Assembly (NCBI GenBank): GCA_964448075.1
Contig: CAYUUR010000001.1
Span: 129,785 to 193,784 of the forward strand
Length of the DNA: 64,000 nt
DNA from: an uncultured Candidatus Saccharibacteria bacterium
Lineage (GTDB): Bacteria; Patescibacteriota; Saccharimonadia; Saccharimonadales; CAYUUR01
Direction: 5' to 3'
In this document: positions 37,161 to 46,487 of the stretch, piece after piece
How the letters are laid out: every line of letters starts with the position of its first letter
Numbering within the stretch: position 1 is the first letter of the stretch
Translations under genes and position numbers: made by a program
Notes under the pieces: generated by a model
The model's database searches: none
Told to the model about the DNA's origin: nothing
What the model saw: only the letters and a program-made list of their open reading frames with translations

Positions 37161-37820
37161 CTAGGCGCTATCCCTGAAGACAGCATCCCAATCAACAGAA
37201 CCAATACTAGCCTCAAGCTCTGACTGATCGCGCAAACGGTGAACCGTACGCACTGCATCTGCCAAACTCATAAAAAAGCCAAACCCATACCTAACAAATA
37301 TATCGTGATCACGTGTCGCAGTTGCTTCATTGAGCGTCCGATCGCTTTCGATCAAACCATGATACGGCTTTGAGAATGTATAATAGCCGGTCTCGCCAAG
37401 CTTTTTTACGCTTTCTTTGGCCCGATCCCTTGAGGCTTTACCTTGCACTTGATTCGCGTCACCATTATAAACAACGCCGATACCGTGTTCTGCAATTTCC
37501 TGCACAGTATCGTCACTAAGCATCAATGCCCCTGCGATATTTGCAAGCAGATAACCATTCTTAAAGGCATTATGACTCGGTGCGATTAAACCTCTGTCTG
37601 TGACAACACGCATGTCGGCGTGCATCATCAATGCACCCGATGCAACCAAAGCATCTGCTGGTGTCTGTTTGGGAATGTAATCATTATAAATGAGCGCCAG
37701 GCTACTAACACCGCCACGCTTCATGACTTCAAGCTCGAGTTGCTCAGCACCTGCCGGCGACATCAGCGCATCAAGCTGCTGCACCACCTGAAAAGAACCT
37801 AATTGACCGTGCTCACTCAT
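37161..37820 (-). CDS. Hypothetical protein (219 aa)
   Basis: The start is set at ATG 37820, 7 nt after TATAAT (37833-37828). It ends in GSVDWDAVFRDSA. Confidence 0.5.
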   Translation of the reverse strand: MSEHGQLGSFQVVQQLDALMSPAGAEQLELEVMKRGGVSSLALIYNDYIPKQTPADALVASGALMMHADMRVVTDRGLIAPSHNAFKNGYLLANIAGALMLSDDTVQEIAEHGIGVVYNGDANQVQGKASRDRAKESVKKLGETGYYTFSKPYHGLIESDRTLNEATATRDHDIFVRYGFGFFMSLADAVRTVHRLRDQSELEASIGSVDWDAVFRDSA

Positions 37821-37859
37821 TTTCAGCATTATATGCTTTTATATAACGATTACAAGTAT

Positions 37860-39455
37860 TTAGCGAACCATGCGTTTGTCGGGGATGTGACGCGACAACG
37901 TCAGAGCACCAAGTGCAATAACCGTCACAAAGAACATCGACGACTTAAGACTGCTTACTTGAGCACTCTTATAAGAATCGCTTACTTCAACTGCTTCAGC
38001 CTCTGACAAGCCTACACTCTCAGCATATTGCTGCACCTGACTTGCGGGTACAATTGCGACACCCGCCGTACTATTTTGTTGCACGTATGTCTTGACGTTT
38101 GTCGGCAAACCACTAGCAGAGATGTTTGATACAAAGCCGCTGGTAAGTGCCGCGATCATAAGCGAACCAATGAGCGCTGTTCCAAACGACGAACCAAGAT
38201 TCTGGAAAGTACCCTGCAAACCACCGACCTCACTACTTTGTTTTTCTGATACGGCCGACATGTTGATATTTCCAAGTTGAGAAGCCAACAAACCCAACCC
38301 AGCACCAACCACAAACATTCCCATCAGGAATAGCGGATCGCGTAGATCAGGGTCTATGGCCGCCGTAATAATGGCACAGCCAGCTACGAGCGCTAGTTGC
38401 CCGCCGCGGACGATTTGCTTAGGAGAATAACGAGTAATGAGTTTTGAACCTGCAAGAGAGAAAATTATAAGCGCCACAGAAAGCGGTGCAATCTTTAGGC
38501 CCGTTTCGAGCGCGTCAAGCCCAAGAACCATCTGTAGATACACCGGCAAAGTAAAGAACACGGCAGCGATAATTACGTATTGCGCTAACAATACACCAAG
38601 CCCGGCTTTGAGCTGAGGAATCTTCAATAGCGACATACGAAGCAAAGGTTCCTGACCGCTATCTTCGAGCCGTTGTTGTCGCCGACCAAACAACCACAGC
38701 ACCGCTACACCAAGTACAATCAAGTAAGCGACGATCGATATACCAAATGGAGCGATTTCTTGACCACCAATTACCGGCTTTGCCATCGGTTGTACCCAAC
38801 CCCAAACTTTGCTCTGCAACATACCAAACACTACAAGTGCCAAACCAGACGCAGAAAGCACTACGCTTGGGAAATCAATCTTGCTCTTAACGGTGCGCGC
38901 CGCAGCTGGGCTATTAAGTACGCGACTTCCAAGCAGGATGAGAACAATAACCACTGACTCAGCGGCAAATACATAACGCCATGAGAAGTACGTCGTGACA
39001 AAACCACCAATCAGCGGACCGAGCGCTGCGGCAGCACCAGCAATTGCGCCAATAACTGCAAACGCCAGCACGCGATCTTTGCCTTTATAGGCTGCAGCGG
39101 TCAATGCTGCAATTGCTGGCATAACCAACACTGCACCCAGACCCTCAACGATTGACCAACCGAACAACAAGACTCCGAGGTTTGGACTAATTGCGGTCAT
39201 GAATGAACCAAGCCCGTATATAACCGCGCCGACACGAAATACCTTGACACTCCCAAAGATATCGCCGATCTTGCCACCAGTCAGCATGAAAGCCGCCATA
39301 GTTAGCGTATAGAACGTAATTGCAGCCTGCAGGCCTGCCACTGTAGTGTTCAAATCAACCACGACTTGACTGATAGACACATTCATAACCGTGCTGTCGA
39401 GCACCATGATAAACTGTGCCATCGCCAGTAGAATGACTGGAAACCATTTCTTCAT
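37860..39455 (-). CDS. MFS transporter, 14-TM DHA2 (EmrB/QacA-like) type
   Basis: About 14 hydrophobic helices and an LDSTVMNVS motif in TM1. The start is at MKKWFPV. Confidence 0.8.
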   Translation of the reverse strand: MKKWFPVILLAMAQFIMVLDSTVMNVSISQVVVDLNTTVAGLQAAITFYTLTMAAFMLTGGKIGDIFGSVKVFRVGAVIYGLGSFMTAISPNLGVLLFGWSIVEGLGAVLVMPAIAALTAAAYKGKDRVLAFAVIGAIAGAAAALGPLIGGFVTTYFSWRYVFAAESVVIVLILLGSRVLNSPAAARTVKSKIDFPSVVLSASGLALVVFGMLQSKVWGWVQPMAKPVIGGQEIAPFGISIVAYLIVLGVAVLWLFGRRQQRLEDSGQEPLLRMSLLKIPQLKAGLGVLLAQYVIIAAVFFTLPVYLQMVLGLDALETGLKIAPLSVALIIFSLAGSKLITRYSPKQIVRGGQLALVAGCAIITAAIDPDLRDPLFLMGMFVVGAGLGLLASQLGNINMSAVSEKQSSEVGGLQGTFQNLGSSFGTALIGSLMIAALTSGFVSNISASGLPTNVKTYVQQNSTAGVAIVPASQVQQYAESVGLSEAEAVEVSDSYKSAQVSSLKSSMFFVTVIALGALTLSRHIPDKRMVR

Positions 39456-39491
39456 ATGTCTATAATACCCCCTCCGAATCAAAAAAAACAG

Positions 39492-41234
39492 CTATAACGC
39501 CAGGACAGTTTGTTCTACCTGTTTCGGTGGCAACACCCGTTCGATCAGTTCTTTTTGGCGACGCAATTGACTTTCGACACTTTCAGTCGACTCAAGCTCA
39601 ATTACCTCGTTCATTTGTGCGATAAGCTGCACCAGTGCAGGGTCATCATCGTGTTCAAGCTGCGACAGGTGCTCTAATAATTGCTGCGCGAGCTCGACAT
39701 CTACACCCTCCCCAATGCGTGCAAGCAGTTCGTGCATGGTGTTATTTATAGTCTTCGCAAGCGCTTGATCCCCTACCACCTCAGCTGCATCGCCGTTTAA
39801 CAGCCCGGATTTTGCAGCAACAACCGTATTTGCTGCTGTATTGAGAGCTTTCGTTCTGGCCGCCTTTGATGCACGACGCGCGTATTCGGATGCTTTGGCT
39901 TCTCGTTCCGAACCTTCTACGCTCGTATCAAAATGGAAGGCGCTGCGCATCCCGTTCGCGTAGTCTGTTATTGCTTTATCTACACTGAGTACTAGTTTTG
40001 GAAGCTCTGGGTCAAAGTCACGGATCCAGATGGCCTTTTCGTAGATCAAATCATCGCCAAGCCCAGCACGCTTCATGCGGGCTAATTCTTCGGCTTGTGT
40101 ATAAGAAATACCCTCAGTATGAATTAAGAGTCTGATGTTATCAGGAAGTTCACTCAGTCTTTCGCGGGTCGCGATGTCACTTCTGATCTGGACTGCTGAC
40201 ATGGCCTGTTCACTGTACATCTGCACCAGACCGATAGCATCTTTTTCACTGTATATCTTTAGTAGCCTTGCACACTCACTCACCCCCTCAAAAGACAAGC
40301 CGTTTTCCATATGTTCACGCTTCATGGCGCCTGGTAGGTCGTTAAAGCGCAGCATACGCCACACTGTGCCCATGTCTTTTTTAGCCAAGTCAGCCAACTC
40401 TTTGTTTGTCACAGGGTCCCCATCTCGTTCACGCAATGTGACGATCCGTCCCAGCATGCGTGCCCATTCCCACGGTTCTATCGGACGATTACTGTTTTCG
40501 TTGGCTTGCACCTTCAATGCCTGATAAAACGGCGGATTATCAAATACGCGAGCTTCAAAACCAATACCTCTGTCTGGATGCCCATTTGTTTCTACGTTTG
40601 CTGACGCTGCCCCGAGCAATCGGTTATGACCAGACATCATAATTATCCATCTACCGAACCGCCGGTGGTAAGGAACCTCATCAACACTAATATTGGTCTC
40701 CCAGTAGTCATTCAAGTCAGCGAGGTATGCCTCAATATGATCTTCATCATGTATGCCTACTGCCCCATGCTCAAGCTGACCACCGTAATCATCGCGCATG
40801 CTTCTGCCAAGTCGAGTGTAGTATGTCTGGTCGTACGTCTCTCTGGTTTGCGGAGCAATAAATGCCGATGATGGACGCAAAGTTACAAACCTTGAGCGAC
40901 CGACCTTCGAGATTGATTCGTGCACCAGTCGTCCTGTTGTACGTTTACGTGGTGTAAAAGCAAACTCGATAGCTTCTTCTCGAGACTGTTTGGTCGGGTC
41001 CGGCATGAGCGCCTCTTGCGTATCAAACCCTACCCTGATTACTTTTGTAAACTTACGGTCTTCGAAGAGTTTATCTTCTGGCTGGTCTGATGTGTCAGGA
41101 GTGTCAACCTCATCAGGGACTTCAACGTGTTTACGAGCAACGCCATAATCTTCTGCGCGTATAAAACCAGGAGTAACCTGCTCTATCTGCTCGCCGTCGC
41201 CTTCAACTCTCATAGCCTCTGCTGGTACTGCCAT
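39492..41234 (-). CDS. Divergent ParB/Srx-fold protein with long N- and C-terminal extensions
   Basis: The central region MMSGHNRLLGA...NENSNRPIEPWEWARMLGRI....TNKELADLAKKDMGTVWRMLRFNDLPGAMK..MENGLSF is colinear with the ParB N-domain plus HTH. The C-terminus looks coiled-coil. GGAAAGGAAGGG precedes ATG 41234. Confidence 0.5.
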   Translation of the reverse strand: MAVPAEAMRVEGDGEQIEQVTPGFIRAEDYGVARKHVEVPDEVDTPDTSDQPEDKLFEDRKFTKVIRVGFDTQEALMPDPTKQSREEAIEFAFTPRKRTTGRLVHESISKVGRSRFVTLRPSSAFIAPQTRETYDQTYYTRLGRSMRDDYGGQLEHGAVGIHDEDHIEAYLADLNDYWETNISVDEVPYHRRFGRWIIMMSGHNRLLGAASANVETNGHPDRGIGFEARVFDNPPFYQALKVQANENSNRPIEPWEWARMLGRIVTLRERDGDPVTNKELADLAKKDMGTVWRMLRFNDLPGAMKREHMENGLSFEGVSECARLLKIYSEKDAIGLVQMYSEQAMSAVQIRSDIATRERLSELPDNIRLLIHTEGISYTQAEELARMKRAGLGDDLIYEKAIWIRDFDPELPKLVLSVDKAITDYANGMRSAFHFDTSVEGSEREAKASEYARRASKAARTKALNTAANTVVAAKSGLLNGDAAEVVGDQALAKTINNTMHELLARIGEGVDVELAQQLLEHLSQLEHDDDPALVQLIAQMNEVIELESTESVESQLRRQKELIERVLPPKQVEQTVLAL

Positions 41235-41365
41235 TATTCCCTTCCTTTCCAAACAGTGTAGCGCTATATGTAGCGTTTTTGAAGAAAACTCTTCTGTCAA
41301 TTACACAACGAATTACACCGTTGCATAAAAACGACTTCTGCGCCAAATAGTTGTATAATGCTGCT

Positions 41366-42037
41366 ATGAATCCGACAGACGAACTCGCTTTTCCTTTCCG
41401 TACATTCTCAAATGAGCTCCAAATGGACATGACTGAGTTTATAGAAACCGGCGTCAATAAAGAGCTGATTGACCCTGTAAACGCAGGTCGCCTGCTGGCA
41501 CTCGGCGACGTTGCGACCGGCTGCAGTGTAGAGCTGTCTGCTGCTATGCAGAACAAGCTATACGCAATAAATGATGGCTATGACTCAGAATACGTTCCTG
41601 GCAGAATCATTGCGCCGGCGCTCCGTGTCCGTGAAGACTTCCGCGAGGTCAGTCGTGTTTACTTACAGCTAGCCGACAAGGCACCATGGCTCCTGCGCGA
41701 CTTATTCGCAGTAGATGAAATCTGTGACCCTGCCGAAGCCATCGCAGTCAGTGGCATTCCGGCAGACTTTGCAGATCATCCGCTACGCGTTGCACCACAA
41801 ACGCAAACGCTAGCCGGGTTCCACCCCAAGTCCCCACGTATATTCTCAGAACGAGATAACAACATTCTTACCAAGCCACCAAAAGGCGTGCGACGGCAAT
41901 GGAAGCAAGCAGCAGCAGTACGCTGGGCGCTCCACCTTAGTTATTTCAATGCTGACACAGAAGAGCCTATAGTGAATAGCGTTACCCGGCACTACGACCT
42001 GCAGCTCGTGAAGAAAAAGCAAACTCAGACCGACTAG
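41366..42037 (+). CDS. Hypothetical protein (223 aa)
   Basis: ATG 41366 lies 6 nt after TATAAT. No recognisable motif. Confidence 0.5.
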   Translation: MNPTDELAFPFRTFSNELQMDMTEFIETGVNKELIDPVNAGRLLALGDVATGCSVELSAAMQNKLYAINDGYDSEYVPGRIIAPALRVREDFREVSRVYLQLADKAPWLLRDLFAVDEICDPAEAIAVSGIPADFADHPLRVAPQTQTLAGFHPKSPRIFSERDNNILTKPPKGVRRQWKQAAAVRWALHLSYFNADTEEPIVNSVTRHYDLQLVKKKQTQTD

Positions 42038-43320
42038 TCAGGGCTATCTACGTCTAACCGTCCTTGTGGCGGCAGCGGAAAACGTAATCGCGGTCCTCGT
42101 ACCGCCAGCATGTCAGCAATATACCAAGTTGTTGCACTCATGCGCGATTCACAGGTAGTTTCCGCTGGGCAACACCTGCAAGACTTTTCATACGCTGCCA
42201 TTTGCTTGGGGTCGTCAGGGTTTTCGTCCACGACGATCAGCGGCGTACGCTTGCCGTCGCGAAACTTCCGCGGCAATGGTTCAATCGTCCAGTTTCCAGG
42301 CGCCTTGCTACAAAGCAAACCAGAAAGTAACCACACCGCGTCACATAACCTAAGCGGGTCAGCGTCCTTGCGCACCACATAGTCCAGGTATACTTTACGC
42401 AATGCATCGGTTGTTTCTGGACGCATAAGATCAGTGTTTGACGGCACGCCCGGGAAGCTAATTAGACCATTCAATATACTAACCCGCATTACGTGCACAT
42501 CAACCGGTATGGGGAACTTAAAGCTGTCTATCAACCCATCATCCATCAAAAAGTAGGTAATCATACTGACCATCTTTTCTTTGAAGCCTTTAAACCCGCC
42601 GCCCTTTTTGTCATTCTCTATCCGTCGGCAAGCCTCAGCGTAATCTGTGACACCATCAAATATCTCCAGCGGATCACCATCATATCTATCGACCATCCTG
42701 ATCGCATTCTCTACCCAGATGCGCGCTGTCGTATTGTGCAGCCCCAGCCCAAATGCTTGCAGTGCGTCTGCGATGTCTTGCTCCACTATGGCGCGCGGCG
42801 TCTCTGGGTTCAACGGCTCCACCACGTCTTCTGTCAGCGTGTCATGCTCAAGCTCTTCAGCCAGCCGTTCAACGTCAACCGGTGATGACTGCACATCACT
42901 GCCAAGATTTGCCACAATCTTATTGCAGTCAAATAAATCTGGGCGGGTATCATACATCCGCCCCAGACGGGTATAGGCAGTAAACGACTTTATTCCCCCA
43001 CGCATGTAGTAGCAGCAGGCAAAATGAAACATGGCGTGTTCGCGACCACCACGTTCCAGCGTTTTTGGCATGTTTTCTAGGATATGCGGAGAACGAGCTT
43101 CTGGCAGATTATACGGGAACTCGCCTGCTTCAAGCGTAGCCAAGAGCTTATCGAGCACTTTGTCGACGCGCTCGGGGTGTACTTCTATCGGCAATTTTGG
43201 CTCAGGCCAAGCTGTTATTTCTGACTCCCAGTCTCTGTACTGTTCCAGCAGTGCTGAATGGTCTGACTCTGGGCGCGGCACATAGTACTGCGAGTGTTCA
43301 AAAAGTTGCTCCCCGTTCAT
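42034..43320 (-). CDS. HhH-GPD-superfamily (endonuclease III-like) protein with N-terminal extension and C-terminal Cys cluster
   Basis: GFKGFKEKMVSMITYFL is a helix-hairpin-helix-like segment, and IPVDVHVMRV can be compared with PVDTHVxRV of Nth. The C-terminus carries CRCCPAETTC. The start is uncertain between ATG 43320 and TTG 43356. Confidence 0.45.
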   Translation of the reverse strand: MNGEQLFEHSQYYVPRPESDHSALLEQYRDWESEITAWPEPKLPIEVHPERVDKVLDKLLATLEAGEFPYNLPEARSPHILENMPKTLERGGREHAMFHFACCYYMRGGIKSFTAYTRLGRMYDTRPDLFDCNKIVANLGSDVQSSPVDVERLAEELEHDTLTEDVVEPLNPETPRAIVEQDIADALQAFGLGLHNTTARIWVENAIRMVDRYDGDPLEIFDGVTDYAEACRRIENDKKGGGFKGFKEKMVSMITYFLMDDGLIDSFKFPIPVDVHVMRVSILNGLISFPGVPSNTDLMRPETTDALRKVYLDYVVRKDADPLRLCDAVWLLSGLLCSKAPGNWTIEPLPRKFRDGKRTPLIVVDENPDDPKQMAAYEKSCRCCPAETTCESRMSATTWYIADMLAVRGPRLRFPLPPQGRLDVDSPD

Positions 43321-43352
43321 ACAAAACAGTCTAATGACTGTGTCATTAGACT
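43321..43352 (-). terminator. Hairpin plus U-rich tract between the SHOCT gene and the HhH-GPD-like gene
   Basis: AGTCTAATGAC-TGT-GTCATTAGACT forms a perfect 11-bp stem. On the minus strand it is followed by GUUUUGU and then immediately ATG 43320. Confidence 0.45.
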
Positions 43353-43402
43353 GCAATCATAAGCAACATGACGGTTCACGTTGCGTGCGATTATTAAATC
43401 CT

Positions 43403-43672
43403 CTAAAGCCCGAGGATCTGTTTCTTCTTCGCATCAAACTCCTCTTGCGTCAGGATACCCTGATCTTTGAGTTGTGCGAGTTGCTGTAGCTGAGCCATAT
43501 CGTCATCTACTGCAGGAGCGGGTGCGCTCGGAGCCGCCTGTTGAACCTCTTGCTGCTGCGCTTCTTGGGCGCCCCATCGTTCCGCCTGTCTACGGCTCAC
43601 ACGGTTTGAGGCAGCGGTCGCTGTTCCTGCGACCACTGCTGTTCGAGCCATTCCACGTAGTAATCCTGGCAT
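43403..43672 (-). CDS. SHOCT domain-containing protein
   Basis: The C-terminal LKDQGILTQEEFDAKKKQILG is the SHOCT motif. Confidence 0.75.
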   Translation of the reverse strand: MPGLLRGMARTAVVAGTATAASNRVSRRQAERWGAQEAQQQEVQQAAPSAPAPAVDDDMAQLQQLAQLKDQGILTQEEFDAKKKQILGL

Positions 43673-43686
43673 AATCGTTTCCTTTC

Positions 43687-44091
43687 TTAGTTAAGTTCAG
43701 CGGCTGCGTCTGGGTGAATACGCCCTTCTGCGACCAAGACACCGTTTGCATCAAGCAATGCCTTCTTGAGAGGCTTAGCCCATAGGTGTTCAACTGCCAG
43801 CAAACCTGCCGTCGTGTTGTTTTCTAGTAGATCGGCCATTTCATCTACGTCATCCTTCGTAACAACGCTGTCATCCGTCTTGTATTTCTGTGTGAACTCA
43901 GAAATATACGCATCGCCAACATCTGCTACATCAAGCGTCATAACAGTGCCTTCTGCATCTTTGCTCACCACCGACAATGCCACCAGCCCAACAGCGCCAC
44001 TATCGATCGCTTCAGCCAGCGCCTTTAAGATACTTCCATCAAACTTATTGCCCTCAAATCCGACAATAATATAATCGATTGGTCCGCGCAT
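43687..44091 (-). CDS. DUF6325-like protein (family often adjacent to SHOCT genes)
   Basis: MRGPIDYIIVGFEGNKFDGSILKAL... and a later LWAKPLKKALLDANG repeat. The family name is recalled from memory. Confidence 0.5.
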   Translation of the reverse strand: MRGPIDYIIVGFEGNKFDGSILKALAEAIDSGAVGLVALSVVSKDAEGTVMTLDVADVGDAYISEFTQKYKTDDSVVTKDDVDEMADLLENNTTAGLLAVEHLWAKPLKKALLDANGVLVAEGRIHPDAAAELN

Positions 44092-44134
44092 ACGTCCCCT
44101 TTCTGATTACTGTTATCTAATACAGGTTGAGTCG

Positions 44135-44542
44135 CTACTTGATTTCTTTCATTTCGGCACCATGTACGATCACTGCGTAGAGCACGCACACGTCAATCGC
44201 CAGGATGAGCACAGACCAAATTGGGTAGACTGGGATAAACGCCAACGAAACCATTGCGCTGCTCACAGCTACAACGATAGCTGCCAGTCGCCCAAAGAAG
44301 TTACCCTTGGCGAGTGAAGACCCAGCCCATATTGCCAAAAGTCCCCAGAAGATATGCGCCCAGCCCCATGTGGTATAGCTGACCAGCCAAACGTTTTGTG
44401 CACCAAACACATAAACGTCATCGTTAAACAGACCAACCAGGCCTGTAATAATGTGAAAGAACCCTGCTAGCAACATCAATGTTGCTGCAAATGCCACCCA
44501 GCCAGTCCAGCCTGTTACGCTGTTGTTATTTTTTGTAGCCAT
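44135..44542 (-). CDS. Four-TM membrane protein, function unknown
   Basis: The start is at MATKNNN, with GGAGGAAAAAGCT upstream. Trp-rich TM helices. Confidence 0.55.
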   Translation of the reverse strand: MATKNNNSVTGWTGWVAFAATLMLLAGFFHIITGLVGLFNDDVYVFGAQNVWLVSYTTWGWAHIFWGLLAIWAGSSLAKGNFFGRLAAIVVAVSSAMVSLAFIPVYPIWSVLILAIDVCVLYAVIVHGAEMKEIK

Positions 44543-44711
44543 AGCTTTTTCCTCCATTAATCTTATACATATATTATACGCCCCTGTTGCAACAAAAAAC
44601 AGCAGTAAGCACAAGCTTGATTGTGGATAATACTGTTAGCTTTCTTTCAAAACAGAGAAAGTATTGCCGACCAGAACTTTGGATACTGCACAGCTTTCGG
44701 AAGTGGAAGCG

Positions 44712-45218
44712 TTACTTCCAACCGCCTTTGACACGGATGCTTTTAATAATCAATCCATCCAAAAGTAGATGGCTAAAGTACCCGGCTACCGCTGCGCCGT
44801 ATATCAGCAGACTCGTCTCGCCGACTTGTGCTGAGGCCAGGTATGACACCAATACGATCGGCAACGGCACCAAAAACATAGCTATCCGGCTATGCGTCCA
44901 GCCACGGTGCGTGCCAACTATCGGCGTCATCGCCAACAGCCCCAATATTGCGGCTGCGGCAAAGTAGCCAAATATTATAAGTAATACGTCAGCAACAAAT
45001 GCTATGCCAAAGAATATATCCTGTGCTTTAGAGTTGGTATCAACATCAGGCCACAGCGCAAACAGCACCGCCACCACGTAGACTGCAACTAACAGCTGCC
45101 AGTCGCCTGCCAACACTGCGCTATCAGGCATGCCACGCCCAGGCAGCAAATAGTAGCCCGCCGACACTGCTGTACCAGCCACCAAACCACCCACCACATG
45201 CCCTTTGTAATTTGCCAT
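44712..45218 (-). CDS. Membrane-bound metal-dependent hydrolase (YdjM/DUF457-like)
   Basis: KGHVVGG N-terminus with HRGWTHS and SHLLLDGL His motifs. Confidence 0.6.
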   Translation of the reverse strand: MANYKGHVVGGLVAGTAVSAGYYLLPGRGMPDSAVLAGDWQLLVAVYVVAVLFALWPDVDTNSKAQDIFFGIAFVADVLLIIFGYFAAAAILGLLAMTPIVGTHRGWTHSRIAMFLVPLPIVLVSYLASAQVGETSLLIYGAAVAGYFSHLLLDGLIIKSIRVKGGWK

Positions 45219-45365
45219 AAGCTTATTGTACCTGAAGCTTAATTACAAAGGATAATGTGGCCACCGTAACACACCTGGTGCAATGCCTAATCGTCACCAT
45301 TGCGTACAAACAGCGCTGATGAATGTGACTTTGCATTTTGTTTTATTTTATGCTATTATATTGTA

Positions 45366-45875
45366 ATGAATACGCCGGAATTTGTCTCCCTCGGAGAAAT
45401 ACAAGTCGATCGAGACGGTCAAAATCTCGTTCCCGTTGCAGTTCACCCTGTTACTGAACTTAGTATTGCACATGACGAAAACGGTAATTCTTTGCATCAA
45501 GTTACATTCGACAGAATGGTCCGTGCAGAGGAACGATTTAACGATAATGGCATATGGTTCGTACAGCGCATATACATTCCCCAGACTGAAACTATCGTAA
45601 CCGATAACTCGCGTACTGCTCGCTATTTGTTAGTTGGCGATGTTGTCGTGGAACGCAAGCCCCATGGCCCGGCACTTATTGACGGCATGGTTGAGCTTTC
45701 TGAAGAACTAGAAGAAGAACTTAAAGACGAAGATATTGGGGCGCGATCTGTCGCCATACATGCAGCACTTGGTCTGATCCAGCGCTCAATTATTGAAAGC
45801 TACCGCCCAATTACCGATGAGCAAGGCCGTTTTACCGTCAACCCCACACCTGTTCTTGTTGCTAAAACAAACTAG
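45366..45875 (+). CDS. Hypothetical protein, 169 aa, paralog B of 31688..32197
   Basis: ATG 45366 lies 6 nt after TGcTATTAT. Same length as paralog A, with conserved blocks GQNLVPVAVHPVTEL, HQVTFDRMVR, ETIVTDNS, LVGDVVVERK and ALIDGMVELSEELE. Confidence 0.6.
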   Translation: MNTPEFVSLGEIQVDRDGQNLVPVAVHPVTELSIAHDENGNSLHQVTFDRMVRAEERFNDNGIWFVQRIYIPQTETIVTDNSRTARYLLVGDVVVERKPHGPALIDGMVELSEELEEELKDEDIGARSVAIHAALGLIQRSIIESYRPITDEQGRFTVNPTPVLVAKTN

Positions 45876-45986
45876 CCATCTATTCCTCATCTTTCTCTCA
45901 TCGGTATGAGTACCTTCCGGACTTTTCAAAGTTTGCATACAACAAAATAGCAGGTCAGGCTAGTATCATGTGTTATAGTCTGATTT

Positions 45987-46487
45987 ATGGAAAGTTATTG
46001 TGCGACAGGTATTATGGTGCCGTCAGAAGCGGCAATTATCATTGATGAGTTTTGTGAACAAGGCGATAAAAGCATTGATTACTTTTTTGGTGAATGTATT
46101 GAGGTTGGCATCCTGTGCGCCAAGCAATACCTCGCCAACCTCACAGAAGGCTACCCTACAGCACTGGTGTGGTACAGCGCAGACAGGCAGTACAATCAAG
46201 AATTTTTGGACTTTGAACAGCACACTGAACAGTCAGCACCCGAAACCGCACATATGTTTGATGTCGTTGATCCTTTTGCTACTGACGAGCCACATTTTTA
46301 TCTTTTGAATCATTTTATGCCCCAGATTCAGCCGTTGATTGAAGCGCTTGATATACCGTTACATACCTTTATGCAACGCGCTATCGAACTACGCATTGGC
46401 TTACAGCAAGTCAGAGAAGACGGTGGCAATCTCGCAGTTTCTAACGGCGCAGAAGAATTTTGGTACTTTGCAGACGCGTCTAGTTAG
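45987..46487 (+). CDS. Hypothetical protein (166 aa)
   Basis: ATG lies 7 nt after TGtTATAGT. Acidic, with no recognisable motif. Confidence 0.45.
   Translation: MESYCATGIMVPSEAAIIIDEFCEQGDKSIDYFFGECIEVGILCAKQYLANLTEGYPTALVWYSADRQYNQEFLDFEQHTEQSAPETAHMFDVVDPFATDEPHFYLLNHFMPQIQPLIEALDIPLHTFMQRAIELRIGLQQVREDGGNLAVSNGAEEFWYFADASS

Noticed and set aside
43321-43356. A TTG-initiated 12-codon extension of the HhH-GPD-like gene.
   Set aside because: The extension is encoded by the 11-bp terminator-like hairpin, and ATG 43320 is the first canonical ATG. It is kept as an uncertainty rather than a call.
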